Below, one piece after another: positions 1 to 14,500 of a DNA stretch of 64,000 bases. Position 1 is the stretch's first letter; every line of letters begins with the position of its first letter. A program made the translations under genes and the position numbers. The stretch is from Hormiphora californensis (lineage: Eukaryota > Animalia > Ctenophora), in assembly GCA_020137815.1 (NCBI GenBank), contig CM035361.1:372001-436000 (forward strand), written 5' to 3'. The notes beneath the pieces were generated by a model. That model saw only the letters and a program-made list of their open reading frames with translations. It was not told the DNA's origin and did not search any database.

Positions 1-86
1 CCCCCCCCCCCCCACCCCCCCCCCCCCCCCACCCCACCCCCCCCCCCCCCCCCCCCCCCAAAAAAACCCCCCCCCCCCCCCCCCCT

Positions 87-134
<48 letters not shown>

Positions 135-149
135 CCCCCCACCCCCCCC

Positions 150-186
<37 letters not shown>

Positions 187-255
187 TTTTTTTCCCCGGC
201 CCCCCTTCCCCCGGCCCCCCCCCCCCCCTTTTCCCCCCCCCCCCCCCCTTTTTTT

Positions 256-304
<49 letters not shown>

Positions 305-414
305 CCCCCCCCCCCCCCTTCGGGCCCCTTTTTTCCCCCCCCCCCCCCGGGCCCCCCCCCTTCCCCCCCCCCCGGGTTCCCCCCCCCCCCCCCCTTTTTT
401 CCCCCCCCCCCCCT

Positions 415-448
<34 letters not shown>

Positions 449-469
449 GCCCCCCCCCCCCCCCCTTTT

Positions 470-507
<38 letters not shown>

Positions 508-556
508 GGGCCCCCCCCTTTTAAATTTTTTTTCCCCCCCCCCCTTCCCCCCCCCC

Positions 557-620
<64 letters not shown>

Positions 621-1590
621 AAAAAATTTTTTAAAAGGGGGGGAAACCCCCCCCCCCCCCCTTTTTCCACCCCCCCTTAAAAAAAAGGGGGGGGCCCCCC
701 CCCCCAAAAAACCCGGGGAAAATTTTAAAAGGGGGGGGTTTGGGGGAAAAAAAAAAGGGGGGGGGGAAAAGGGAAAAAAGGGGGGGGGAAAGGGGGAAAA
801 AAAAGGGGGGGTTTTTTTGGGGATTTTTGGGGGGGGGAATTTAAAAAATTAAAATTGGGGGTTAAAAAACCCCCCCCCCCCCCCCTTTTTTTTTTGGGGG
901 GGTTTGGGGGAAAACCCCCTTTTTCCCCCCCCTTTCCCCCTTTTTTTTTTGGGGGTTTTTTTTTTAAAAAATTTTTTTCCCCCCTTTTTAAAAAAAACCC
1001 CCCCCCCCCTTTTTTGGGGCCCCCCCCCTTTTTGGGAAAATTTTTAAGGGGGGGGGCCCCGGGGGGGGTTTTTTTTTTTTGGGGGGAAAATTTTTTTTTT
1101 TTTGGGGGGTTGGTTTTTTTTAAAAATTTTAAAAAAAAAAAAAAGGGGGAAATTTTTTTTAAAAATTTTTTTTAAAAAGGGGGGAAATTTTTTTTTAAAA
1201 AAATTTTTTTTTTTTTCCCCCCGGGTTTTTAAAACCCAAAAAAAATTTTTTTCCCCCCTTTCCCCCTTTCAAAAAAAGGGAAAAGGGGAAAAATAAAGGA
1301 AAAAAAAAGGGGGGGGAAAAAAAAAGGGAAAAAAAAAAAAAATTTTCCCCTTTTTAAAGACCCCAAAAATTTTTTTTTTTTTTAAAAAAAAGGGGGGAAA
1401 AAGGGGGGGGGGGGAAAAAAAAAGGGGGGGGGGGGGGGGGGCCCCAAAAGAGAAAGGGGGGGGGGGAAAAACCCCCCCCCGGAAAAAGGGGGGAAAAAAA
1501 AAAAAAGGGGGGGGGGGAAAAAATTTTTCCCTTTTTTTTGCCAAGGGGAAAAAAGGGGGGGGGGAAAAAAGGGGGGGCAAAAAAGGAGGA
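1..1590. other. Homopolymer-mosaic low-complexity block, probable basecalling/assembly artefact
   Basis: Almost entirely runs of C, G, A and T. ORFs here are only P/F/K/G. The block grades back into normal sequence at about 1600. Confidence 0.75.
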
Positions 1591-1785
1591 GGGTTAGAAG
1601 AGTTGGACATGGAGGGAAGGAGGGGAGAGGGTTAGCAGAGTTGGAGGGGAGAGGGTTAGAAGGGGAGGAGGGGAGGACGGTTAGAAGAATTAGAGGTGGT
1701 GGTACCATGGTTAGGAGAATTAGCGATGTTATGGAAGTGGATGGTAGGTATACCACCTCCTAATTGCCCCCTATTTACTAATTAC

Positions 1786-2348
1786 CCTGAACGTTGGTTG
1801 CAAGACAGGTATACCATCCCTCGTGTTCCTCACTGACATCCTCAATTTCTTGGATGACGTTCACAGAGGACAGATCCTGAGAGGGTAATTAATATTGTAA
1901 TTAATTAGAAAAGTAATTAGTATTGTAATTAATTAGAAAAGTAATTAGTATTGTAATTAATTAGAAAAGTAATTAGTATTGTAATTAATTAGAAGAGTAA
2001 TTAGTGTTGTAATTAATTAGAAGGGTTGTATTAGATTGTTGTCGGGGTTGGTATAATTGCCATAAACCGTTTTTTGAAGATGAGCAACGATCTATTATGA
2101 TTGCCTCTCTCGACCCTCTCTCTCACAAATATTAAAAAGGAGGATTACATCATGACAGATCTATCAAAGGAACTGACTAATGATCTGAAGGAATTGACCT
2201 CCAGTGATCCCACTGACCAACTGCACTGATTACTAAATTATAGATTAAATCTCCGTTTCCCAAGATCATTGATCGCACTATTGTGAAATAGAGCTGGGAT
2301 GAAGAGATAGAGGAAGAGATAGAGGAAGAGATAGAGTAAGAGATAGAT

Positions 2349-2424
<76 letters not shown>

Positions 2425-4952
2425 GGACCTTTACTTACACTGGAGCTAGCAGCAGCGATGGCAGCCTGTCGGTCACCCTCCGTTGGTGGTTTGTAGTTGG
2501 AGAGGGCCTCGGCCTTCAGGGAAATGGTGATCACAGGGGCAGGACCTCCAGTGGCAGCACACCTAGGAAGATAGGGATAATTATTAATCGGGTGATACGG
2601 AGAGATCAGGAAATAGAAAAACGGAAAGATTTCTATGTCTTAAGTTTTTTTCTCTGTCCAGTCAGCTGACATATATAGTGGTCCCACCCCGTGAGGGGAG
2701 AAAGAGATGTATAAGAGAAAGAAAGATAAAGATTAAATATGTTTGTTCGAGACGAGAACAGTTGTTTTGTTCAAGAGGGGCGCGGGGAGGGAGGGTCGAA
2801 CAAGGCAAGAGAACAGCTGGTTTCTGCTAATTTTTAAATGTCAGAGCCGCCTTCCAATCCCTCGTGCTGTGTAATTTTCTGATCCGAGCTTTAGCAGTTA
2901 CAGAGGGCGCCAGGTTGTGAACAAGAGGAAATAAAGATTCAGAGTGCGGTAAAATATAAAGAGCAAAAAGGACAATTATGAGAAATATTTATGTCGAGAC
3001 AGGGGTAAGAAATTAGGCTGAGGGTTTGAGGGCGTGAGATTGTTACTTTCTAAATTTCGTCGCGTATCGTAGAAACCGCAGTTAACATTCCTTTCTCTCC
3101 TAACTATATCCGATATCTGACAACGACCAGTTTACAGTGAAGTTCATTAAACGAGAAAGAGAAGAAGAAAGATTGAGATTGAGAGAGGGGAAGAGAGAGA
3201 TAGAGAGAAGAGATAAAGAGAGAGAGATAGCGGTGGACCAACGGAAGCGTAAATCTTGATACATTCGATAGGTAAAGACTTCCGGGTTCTCTAAATCATT
3301 GTCTAGGTATTTGTATCGAAATCACTGGAGAAGTTGTCTAGACGATATTTGAAACTGAATCGCGAGATTTTGATTTAGACGGTACGTTCATCGATTTTCC
3401 TTTACTTTTAGAACCCCGTCTGGTACAATTTTCAGACGTGCCGTCTCAACTTTGAACGGACACCGTCTAGACACCGGGACGGTACCGTCTAGAGGCCGTA
3501 TGATACCGTTGCAACACCGTCTGATACAGTCTATAACCCGTCTCAAGCTTGATCAAGCACCTTTTTACGTTTCAAGCAATTTTGTACCGCTTTTAGCTAA
3601 TTTTATCAAAACCCGTCTAGACGGTATACCGTTTAGACGGCGTTGTCAAATTGACATGATGTGCATTCCATTTAATTGCAGTTTTTGGTTAATTTACTCA
3701 CTTGAACTGGGCAGTGGCACCAGGGGGCACGGTAATGTTGACAGGCTTGATGTTAATGAAGGGAGGGTATAGAGGGGGATCATCTTCAAAGGGTAGATCC
3801 TCTCTGGTAGGAGGGTTCTCAACGGGTCTGATGTCTGGGGAGAGGGATAGTGTTAGAGATGGGGGGATATTAATTACCTCGTAACATTGATTATCAAACG
3901 TGCCCCGTGCGAAGGTATTAGCAAATTAGGATGGGATTTGTGAATTCTTCTCTGCCAAGAAACATGCAAGTGGGAAATGAGAGTGATTATGTGATTGTGC
4001 GCGGCGTTTTGCCCCTGCTGAAATGGTGTACTTTTATTTTAACAAAGTTATTCATTTCCGCGCGTTCCTAGATTGAATCAATCTAATTGGTACAAGCGGG
4101 AAACTTGTAATAATCCTATCCGCATGATGAGAAGTAGCTAATTAATCAAATTTGCTGAAAACATTTAAAGAAATAACATGTTGCATGGACATCTAAAGAG
4201 ACCATATTATTAATGAGGCATGCTAATTAAATTCACCAAGCGGTCTTCCATCCATCAAAAGCGGTCAATTTTTAAATGAACAGTTATTTTAAGAAATGAG
4301 AATTAATTGCATTTTTTCATGAATAAAAGGGGGGAAATCTCCAATATACTACCGATGATATTATCAAGTGCTTTAGCACCATCTTCTCCGTCTACTTCGG
4401 TGGGAGATTCGGATACTGACTCTGTTACTGGTTCAGTGGGTTCAGCCTCGTCTAGAGATAGATAGATAGATAGATAGGGGGGGGGGGAGATATTATAGGG
4501 GTTCAGTACCATCTTTAGAGAGAGGTAAATAAATAGAGATAGGCAGGGGATCGTCGTTGTAATTGTAAGAGGATAGAGGATATAGAGGGTAGACCAAATA
4601 CTGTGTTGGGGGAGGGGGGGTCATGACTAGGAAGTCTACTGTCTATGATGAGAAGTTTACACACTAATTATTAAGAAAAGAAGAATGGGGGCGTCTAAAT
4701 GAGAAAGAAGAGAGCTGGCGTCGACATGTGACACAAAAGAGGTAGTATAGATGGTAAATGAAAGAACAAAAGAGTTAAGAAGCTGTCATTTTGTATAGGT
4801 CTATGTGTTGCCCGATCAAGCTCACTCGAGCTTCTCGCTTTATTACTGATCGATCCATATCTATCTCTCTATCTCTCTATCTCTCTATCGCTCTATCTTG
4901 ATCTAACTCTCTACCTCGATCTCTCTTTTTCTATATATCCCTCCCTCTCCCT

Positions 4953-4991
<39 letters not shown>

Positions 4992-6179
4992 GCTCTATCT
5001 CTTTAAAGCTCTGCCTCTCTCTCTCCCTCTCCATGACCCGCCCCTCTCTCTATATATCTCACTCTCTTTCACACTTTTATTACTGTTCTCTGCTTATTAT
5101 ACACCACGTGGGCCTTTATTGTACATATTACCCTTTACTATAAACACTAAACAGTATAACGGACACACGTGTTTTATTGTGTTCTACCACCGAGTTTTAT
5201 ATCAGTAGGTTATATCAGTAGGTAGTTAAATATTTAACGCTTCCTTATGTTTTGTTGCATTTTAAAACTTAAAATTATTAGGTACATATTTTGAACATTT
5301 TCTTGTTATTTTGAACTTGTTTTTTACTTACTGTCTATGGCATTGGAACCATCATCTCCGTCGTATTCCGTAGGAGCAACGGTAGTAGGGGGAAGGGTGG
5401 GGTCAACTGAAGGGAATTAACGGGGGTTAGATGTTGGGGGAAGAGTGGGGTCAACTGAAGGGAATTAACGGGGGTTAGATATGGGGGATGGGTGGGGTCA
5501 ACTGAAGGGAATTGGGGGTTAGATATGGGGGATGGGTCGGGGACAAATGTAGAGCATTGGGTTGGGTAAACTAAAAATGGGACGCATCAACTGCACAGGT
5601 GGAGTACAAGGAAGCAGAGGAAAAGTGAATTATGTGTGGCCGGGGTACAGCTAGAGACAGGGCGAACAGCACATGACTGGACAATTAAAGGGACCCAACC
5701 CAAAACGTTGAACAGGATCCATTCAGGGTGGTATCATGAGACTCGGTACGACCAAAATATATCATGCAGTTACTATTTAAATTCTAAAAAGTATCCCAAC
5801 TAACCGGGGTCGGGTCCAGCACCGTCACACTGTCCAGGGCTGAAGATCCCAATCTGCTGACAGTAGTCCACCAGACCGGGGATAAGAGCTGAACACGCCT
5901 CCGCGTTCTCACAGGAGCTACACCAGAATTCAGGGCCACCTGAAAAATGAATACATTTTAGTTTGAATGAAGAAGGTCTTGCTCTTTGAAAACATATATA
6001 TTTAACGCTCAAACACCGGAAGCGAGTATTACCACATAATGTAAGATTAACTAAAGTCACAGCGCTGGCAAGCACCCCCGAGGCGATAACACATAATGGT
6101 TTTTACCTGAACTACAAGCTTCCAGATTTTGTGCAGCAGCGGCCGCAAGCAGAATCGCGACGACTGCTAATCGTAACAT
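1786..6179 (-). CDS. Secreted SapA-motif + Pro/Thr/acidic linker + Ig (I-set-like) domain protein, 3' end not visible
   Basis: Seven phase-compatible GT-AG exons: 6179-6107 (MLRLAVVAILLAAAAAQNLEACSS, signal peptide), 5939-5805 (GGPEFWCSSCENAEACSALIPGLVDYCQQ, SapA-like), 5406-5332, 4451-4353, 3834-3702 (PPFINIKPVNITVPPGATAQFK), 2562-2439 (CAATGGPAPVITI) and 1876-1786 (IEDVSEEHEGWYTCLATNVQG, Ig F-strand GxYxCxAxN). Confidence 0.85.
1885..2022. repeat. Intronic minisatellite, 28-bp unit, about 5 copies
   Basis: Tandem GTAATTAGTATTGTAATTAATTAGAAAA. Confidence 0.9.
2350..2424. repeat. (GA)n microsatellite
   Basis: Direct reading. Confidence 0.95.
5390..5540. repeat. About 48-bp tandem repeat overlapping an exon acceptor
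   Basis: Three copies of GGGGTCAACTGAAGGGAATT...GGGGTTAGAT. Confidence 0.85.
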
Positions 6180-7660
6180 TTCACCAGTCTGGATCAAAAA
6201 TGATTTGTTTAGTATAAGGGAGATATGGATTTAGCGATAGGAACTGTTGGCAAAACAAATCAAGCTGCAGAAGAAAAGTTGACTAAAGCAAAACGTCAAA
6301 TTGACTCAGACAAATTTCCTACATATTCGTCACGCTCCAATGTGTCAGTAGGAGGAGGGGCTCAGTAGCCTCAAATGAGCACAATTATAAATGCTAAACA
6401 AGTGTTCGAAATGCTATTTAAACATAACCAGTCACGCAGGGGGACAGCTGTATTTAGAGCGGCCTTTAATTGTCTGAACCTCGACTGATGCGGGGAGGAA
6501 AAAGTGAGGAAAAAGAGCAGCAAGGAGAATTGGTGGTTTTGCAACGCTGAATAAGCCGATGAGAGAGAGATGGTATGTGCGGGGTTAAATCGATTATCGG
6601 TTCTCTCTCACAGCCTAGACAAAGCAGCAAAGCGCAAAAAAAGTTGTACGAGAGACAGCAAATGTAAAGCATTTCGTGCAATTGGATTAAAACAAAGTGA
6701 GAGAGATGGAGAGACAGAGAGAGAAAAGGTTAAGGTTGGTGACAAGACAGCCGCAGCTTTCTCTTTTTGGTGTGAAAAATTTTGGGGAATTTTTCAACTG
6801 TAAAATAGTTCCCAGTAAGGGCTGGAAAGACCGGAAAAGACAGGGAAAGGGAGAGAAAGATAGCTGTGAGTGGGGAGAAAAAAATCGAAAGGCTGGGTCG
6901 TCGGCACACCTATAGAGTGCATTCACGTAATTTTTGTAACTTTTCTACTACAAATTCTGTCTGCCGTACCTTACAAAATGCACTCTAATTTTCTCGCTTG
7001 CAATATTTCCTAAGTCTCTCATTCTCACTCCTATCTCCTTTCCAAGGTTAAGTTAAAAGCAAGTAAATGGGAACTTCCTTCATTATATTTCTGCTGAGTA
7101 CCAAATTTTTGTCATGAATTGGGGGTTGGGCAAAGTTTACAGTGAAGTTCATTAAAAAAACGCGAGAGAGAAAAGAAGAATAGGAGAGGGAAAGGAAGTA
7201 AGAGGGAAGGAGAGAGAGAATGAAGGCCCCCAAAAAAAGGGATGAAAATCTTTTTTTTCCCTTTTTTCCCCCAAAAATTATTTCTCTCTTCCCCCCCCTT
7301 TTAAAAAAACCCCCACCCAAAAAACCCAAAACCCCTTAAAACTCCCCTAATTTTTTAAAAACTTCTCACCCAAACCATTCTAATTTACCCAGGTTGAAAT
7401 TTTGATCAAAGACATTTCAGCAAACTAAACTAACAGAAAAAGTAAGTAAATAATATAGAGATAAATTAATAGAATATATGAGGGATTTGGTGAGAGGAAA
7501 TGCTGACCTAGCATACACGTATCATGGACTAACCACAAATGAAATAAAAACTGTCGGGTGGTCTTGATGGCAAAAGATAGACATGGTGCGATCACGTGAT
7601 TTTGTTTGTTTATTTATCTTGATTGAGAGTGAGTGTCAAATTAATAGTTGCAAGATTGGT

Positions 7661-7661
<1 letters not shown>

Positions 7662-7727
<66 letters not shown>

Positions 7728-7795
7728 GAGAGAGCGAGAGTGAGAGAGAGAGAGAGCGAGAGAGAGAGAGAGAGAGAGTGAGAGAGAGAGAGAGA
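7662..7795. repeat. (GA)n microsatellite
   Basis: Direct reading. Confidence 0.95.
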
Positions 7796-7987
7796 AGCAA
7801 TCGGTGGCGGGGTTGGTACAACTCCGGTTATTCTTAGTGCACATGTATGGTATTTACTTTGCACACGTTGACACACGGCAAACACAGCTGACTCGCAGCA
7901 TGAGTCATATCCAGATTTTGTTTGGGGCAAACATAAACAAATCAAATGGGAAAGAATATGATGCAACCATTTTTGGACTTTGACTTG

Positions 7988-8106
7988 ACTTTCCGATTTA
8001 CATTTTCCATTTAAATAAAATTTCGAATCGAAATAAATTCCTTGACTGTCAAGGAATTTATTTCGATTCGAAATTTTATCTAAATGGAAAATGTAAATCG
8101 GAAAGT
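7988..8106. repeat. Near-perfect 119-bp palindrome (fold-back element)
   Basis: ACTTTCCGATTTACATTTTCC...CCTTGAC-T-GTCAAGG...GGAAAATGTAAATCGGAAAGT. Confidence 0.9.
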
Positions 8107-8512
8107 TGACAAACAGTATTCACGGTATCCAGTATGTGATTCAGTCATTACAACCTAGATCTATGTTATTATATTTGCGAATTATGACCACGTTCTGTCA
8201 CGTACAGGTTGTGTAATGGTGTTAGGAAAACTAATCTAGCATCACCACAGGGCCACACATCTTCTTTCACTAACATTACAAAAGTAGTGTTTAAAACATC
8301 AAAATGCAACCACAAAATGCGGATAAAAAGAAATAACTTTGCGATTTAGAAAAATCAAATAACTTTGCGATGCGAATAAAAAATTCACGATGTGTTGGCC
8401 CTGTAGTAGGTGACAGACTGACTTGATGGTTCCACCCAATAATAACACACTTTGTCCCAGCGACCAAGAAGACAGGACCAAAAGGGTATCATGGAGACTG
8501 TGAATCTTTACT

Positions 8513-11500
8513 ATGTTAGCTGGTAAAAGATTCTGTGTCTTCTTTCCCCTTTTAGTACTGTGTTCTATTACAGCTGGGCGGGTGTTGGGTAACCGTGGTC
8601 GGTAACCTACCGAGGGAACCAGCTCTAACAACCAGGAAATAATACCAACTCCATTATTATATTTTATTTAACTTTCTCTACAATGCTATACTTTAATTCT
8701 CTGAAAATTTAGAAAAAGAGACCGGCAGAGAGTTACCCCAAAGCTTTCTACCGGTATCTGTACATTAACCTGGAAACTATATAGTGCTGGTTCCCTTACA
8801 AGTAGGGCTAAATCAAGTCAGTGCCTTCCGTTGCTATAGGGTGGGAGTTTTACGTAACTAATGGTAACCAAAACTATTTACTAACAACATTCCTCTCTTT
8901 CAGAACTGAAGATCCAAGATGTGATTAACATAGGTGCTGATAGTTTATTATTATCTAACATCAGTGAAAATGATGACAAAATCGATGGAAAATGCGTACT
9001 GGAGAGTGTGTCCGATATACAAAAGTCGATAACAGATGGAAGTAGTCAAGATGATACTTTTGAACTAAGTTTGGGGGACAAATGTACTATTCAAATAACA
9101 AAAGACAAAATATCTTTAAAAGATGCTCAGGATCAGATTGCGGAAGGAGGTAAGGAATTATTGCTATTTGAAAGCTAACTTAATATAATGCCCAGTGTCA
9201 TATTTATATATTTCCAGCATATAATCTTTTACCAAACCTTTGTTTCAGTTCTAGGCGAATGTGGCAGTGGTACCAGCAACAAGTATTTGTATGCAAGTGG
9301 AGTGATCACCCTTTCAACAAATATTGCGGGCCAGACCTGTAGACTAATAAAGAACGATGATGAAACATCAATAGATTCAGCAACTATCCGCCAAACAAAC
9401 TTGCGTAAGTTACCTATAGGTTAACATAGGATCATCGTCAAAAAGGGCCGGGCCCGTCGCTCATTCTCTCTGTCTCTGTCTGTCTCTCTGTGTCTCTCTT
9501 TCTCTCTCTGTCTTCGCCAATTTTCTACTCTATATGGGGATCTCATCACGCACAGTGGACTACTGGGTGAAATGTGGGATCTGATACTCACTGGGATGAT
9601 CTGATCCTCAGTGGGATGATCTGATCATGGGTGGGGTGATCTGATCCTCAATGGGATGATCTGATCATGGGTGGGGGGATCTGATCCTCAGTGGGGTGAT
9701 CTAATCATGCATGTTGTGTGATGTGATCTGATCTTGATGACGACGATTTAGGGACCACCAAACATGCATGGGGGGATCAAGTTTCACCCCTTTTCGCATT
9801 ATATAGTAAGATGTAATACAATATGTGCTAATGTTTCAGATGCCCAGATTTACAGCACCAGTCACATTTCCTCGGACGACGATGTGTACTTGGTCAGGGA
9901 CAACAATTTTGTGTGTAGTATCTCCGGAGCTGGGGGTATCGGGACAGTGATAATCACGAATGCAAGTGATACAAATCAGATTGAAGGGACGTATTTGGCA
10001 TTCAAAAAACCTGAAGTAAGTTTTCGAGTTCGACATTGAGAAGTTTAGAACGAAAAGTGTACATTAAAAATACCTTCTGTTTTAGGCCGATAAATCAGTC
10101 ACGTGTATTTTCACGTTCAAAGGAGGAGTTACAATTCTCGGGGAGGAATCATTTAGACTCACCAGGGAGAACATAGAAAAATATTGTAAGTTCATTGTAA
10201 AAAACCAAATATTACTTTGTCCTGTCTGACGACAGAAGAATTTAAAAAAAGGAAGACAGAGTTGGCAGTTTAACTCATTGGCCCACCATATTTAACACAA
10301 AACTCTAATTATAGTGTGCACGAAGGGATATGAAAATAAGAAAGGAACATGTGAGGCTTGTAGTGAGGGAACGTACAAGGGTGAAAATGATCAAAAGTGT
10401 GAAGGTTGTCTTGAGCCAGAGGTAGGTTTTTTCCGCTTTCACTGTGATGATTGAACTTAAGTTGATAAAATTCAAGTTCAAGCTTTTTCCAAGCTGTGTA
10501 TTGCCAAGCTAAAAGTTGGATGTTTGTTTCAGTATTCTCCCATTGTCGGTGCAACCGAGTGTGTTCGTTGTGAGGGTATTTGGAAAAGTGCTTCTCAATG
10601 TGAACCTTGTAATTCAGGTAACTAACCATTTCATCAGTTAATTAGTTAATAATTGATTAACCACTTCAGTATATAACTAGACAATTAATTAATTACAAAT
10701 CATCTAGATATCCAATAGACTCATTGTATCAGAACATACAATCTATGACTCTATTTTCCCAAGGCACACACTGGGATCAAACCGAATGCCTACAATGTGA
10801 TCCAGGAACCTTTTTCAACGAAACAGTATGTGAGGAATGTGCCGAGGGGACCCATAGTTCAGACTCGGGGTGGACAAAGTGTGTTCCTTGTACTGACGGA
10901 CAACAGCCAAACCAAGGTAATAACCTCCTTATCTAACCTCAATAATTACTGTTCATTTATGAAGGTATTCATTGTACAGAAAATCGGGTGGAATCCTGGG
11001 GGTTGCTGGCCATTAATTTGGTTTTTTGTTTAAATATAAATTGAGAAGGCATATACATTTTGAGGCTTGCACTTCAGAATATATTTTGAGAGCCAGTTTC
11101 GGGTGTGGTTCCGCGAGCTGTTTTAGCCGAATTCTATTCCCGTACAACTGAGACGCATGAAGAATGAGCCTAGAAATTTCTTAGAAAGCTATTTGCGTTC
11201 CTTCAACGGCACATCTAAACGTCATCAAGGTCGGGAAATTGTCCATGTTTTTTAGTTTTTCAATAAAGATAAGGACATGCATATCACACTCATAATCTGG
11301 GCATGCAGTTTGTACCACGCTAGTGTCACGTTTGGGATCAATGTGGATCAGATTCAAACTCGATCAGACTCTCGACAAAAATATTACAGACGTCCAAAAT
11401 AACACCCTGTATCTCCCCTGCAGGTAAAACAGGGTGTGAGCTATGTAAAGCAGGTTTTGCTGGTAGTAATGGAAGCTGTGTGGCGTGTACCGGAGCTAGT

Positions 11501-14500
11501 AAATACCAACCAAATATAGGACAGACGGAATGTCTTGTGTGTGATGGAGAGGCAGGAGGGGATGGGGATGGAAATACGCAGTGCATCCAAACCGGTGGTA
11601 AGTTTTGTTTCATAAAGCGTTTCTATTGGTAAGTTAGGATTATCGATGAAGAAGGTCACATCAAGACTCAAAGTGATTTTGGTTCACTGAGTCAACCAAC
11701 TACAAAAGCTAATTTATCATTTCAGCTAAGACCTGTGCAAGTACCAAGTATGATTCTTCTGTTGGAAATTATAATTTCAGTGAAACACTAACAGGTAAGA
11801 GTACATTTTTTAAAAACTACATACCGCACCAACTATTTTGAAGCAACTTAAAAACTTTATAAAGGACAATAATTATCAATGTCATCTCTCTTTCAGGACA
11901 AGTGGTAACAAAAGCGTGTACCTACAACCCCGACCAGACGCTCACAAGACTGTGTAACACAGAGGGTGACTGGGAGGAACCCGTCACTGCACGGTGCAAC
12001 TCAAAAATAACCGAACAAGTTGAACAACTTGATATCAAGGATACGGATAGTGTGACAACGTAAGTGGAACAGCTCTTGTACTACTCCCAGTGTGTTCATT
12101 GGTGATAGGTATTGAATCTATTGGAATCCTGCTATATAATAATTTTGCACCATCATAGATTGGAGGAACTTGTCACAGAGGAGCCTGTTGGTGTTAAAGA
12201 TTGCAACCTTATCATCAAGAAATTTGACGGCATTGATGATGTGCTAGACAAACAGGTAAATACTTGCGTTATTCGACTCTCCCTCCCCACGCCCGGGTTT
12301 GAACTTTGAAAGAAATAATTGGTTTGTTACCAATTAATTATTTAATTAAACATACTGATTATTCTTTTCAGAATTCCACTAATGTTGATACGGTCACGGA
12401 GTCTTCTCTTAACATAATGAACAGGTACTTACCCGGGAGGAATCTCTATCAGTGAATATGACTAGTCCTCACAGATTTAAGCATTCTACAAGAAAAACTG
12501 AAATAAACTTTTCATACCTATTATAGGAAAACAGAATTCTCATTCCAATCATTCCCCGCCACAGTATGGTAAATGCAGCAAGTAAAGAGAGTGTTTCATT
12601 CAACCAAGAAATGAAGAATAAGATTGTTCTGTCTACTGAAGAGTTCTTAAAAACCCGACTAAAGTACGATCTGAGTGGAACTGAAAACTATACACTGGTA
12701 AGGGTCCAAACACAAATGTTCTCTTTTAAATATTTGATAAATATAACTTGACAAAAAACTTAGCTTTGATAGCAAGTTTGATCAGGAGAACACTTTTTAA
12801 GTAGACCCAGATGAACATTTTTTTGCTCCGAAGCGATTTCTTCGCTAATATTAATATCAAAAATCTCGTTCCATCCTAGGGTACAATGTCAGTCAGCCTA
12901 AAATCTGTTACTGGTAGCGATTCTTTCAAAGTTGGTAGCGGAATCGGAGTGGATGTTCCTGCAGATTCTCCAATTTCTTCTATCGCGATTGCAGTGTTTA
13001 CTGAAGACACCTCAAACAAGTTATTCAAAGCTCCTGCCGATAATAGTAAGTTTTGATATCCCGACAACTTTTCTGTTTTGGTGATCCTCATATTTAGCCT
13101 ACGAATATCACTGTCTTTTTTGCTACATGTTACCATGGGAAATATATTTTCTCTCTATTAGTTCTACCTCAACCACTGTTTGTTTACCTGACAGCCTATG
13201 TCACACCTCGTCCCGGAAGGAGCCTTGTTATAGCCCCGTTTTGGGACAAAAACAATCAAAACTTAATCATGCTGATCGCGGTCCAAAAATATTTACGCAA
13301 TTGTACATGTGAAAAGTCAATAATCACTGATCACAGTATAAACGTATTGTGATCAGTGGATATATATGTTGAGTAAACACTCACACTAAAACGGTCGCAG
13401 ATTGGATGATGTTATTGTGTCACACCATATATAACCAGGTAACCAGGTAACCAGGTAACCAGGTAACCAGATAACCATGTAACCAGGTAACCATGTCACA
13501 CCAGGTAGCTCGATAAGTGGGAGAGTTGTCAGTTTGAAGAACCAGCGGAAGAGCGAGGACAGTAGCTATACTTTTTCCATGACGTTCCCTAAAACGGTGG
13601 TCACAGAGGAAAATGATGCTTCCAAAAAAGTAAATTCGCCACCTTTAGAATATTAGTAAACTATATCATGACTCTAAGATTTATCAGTTCGGACACTTGA
13701 CACTTGAGTCTATACATTCGAGGCGGCTCTAAATAATCCAAAAGTCATGTCGTCATCTGAGATGACTTGAAAAGGAAATAAAAAATATTCAGAATATACA
13801 AACAAAGCACCTTCCCATATGTCTAGGTATCCCGGATATGCAAGTACTACAACACCTCTAGCAACACCTGGAAGCGAGATGGGTGTTTAACACGGGAGAA
13901 GGATGGAGAACTGATCTGTGAATGTGATCACATGACCAGCTTCGCAATTATAATAGTATGTGATATTATATCAGCTATAATAACGTGTTGGGCATAAAAA
14001 ATGTCCCCCCTAGACTAGCATAGTTCCAGATATCGTAGAGCTCTAAAATTTTACACAGTTACTCTATGGGACAAATAAATAGGTTCCACAAAATTTCAGA
14101 CTTTTAGCTCAAAGTTCATTTTTTTGATCGGAATGAACATTATCATTCATTCCAAAAAACATGATTTTTCGGTCCAGAAGTCAAGCAATTGTCTTTGGCT
14201 CTCAATTTTCTTTCAAATGCGACCAAGAAAAGCCCAAACGGACAACCACAAGGCAAACAGTGGTCATGTTTCTGACTGTTAGTCAGGTCATGTGATCCCC
14301 ACCGAATCGTGTAAGTCATTCTGAATTGCTAATCAGGATTAGTTGTGGAGAATCACGTATCACAGCCGCTAATGAGGGATGACGATGATGATTGGCCATG
14401 AGATCCGAAGCTCATTAACAAGTCACCTCTTTACCCAAGTGCTCCCGAATCACATATCGCTTCTTCGATACACATCCCTCATTGGCGACTGTGATACGTG

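Noticed and set aside
855-1756. P/F/K/G-rich ORFs
   Set aside because: These are translations of homopolymer runs in probable artefact sequence.
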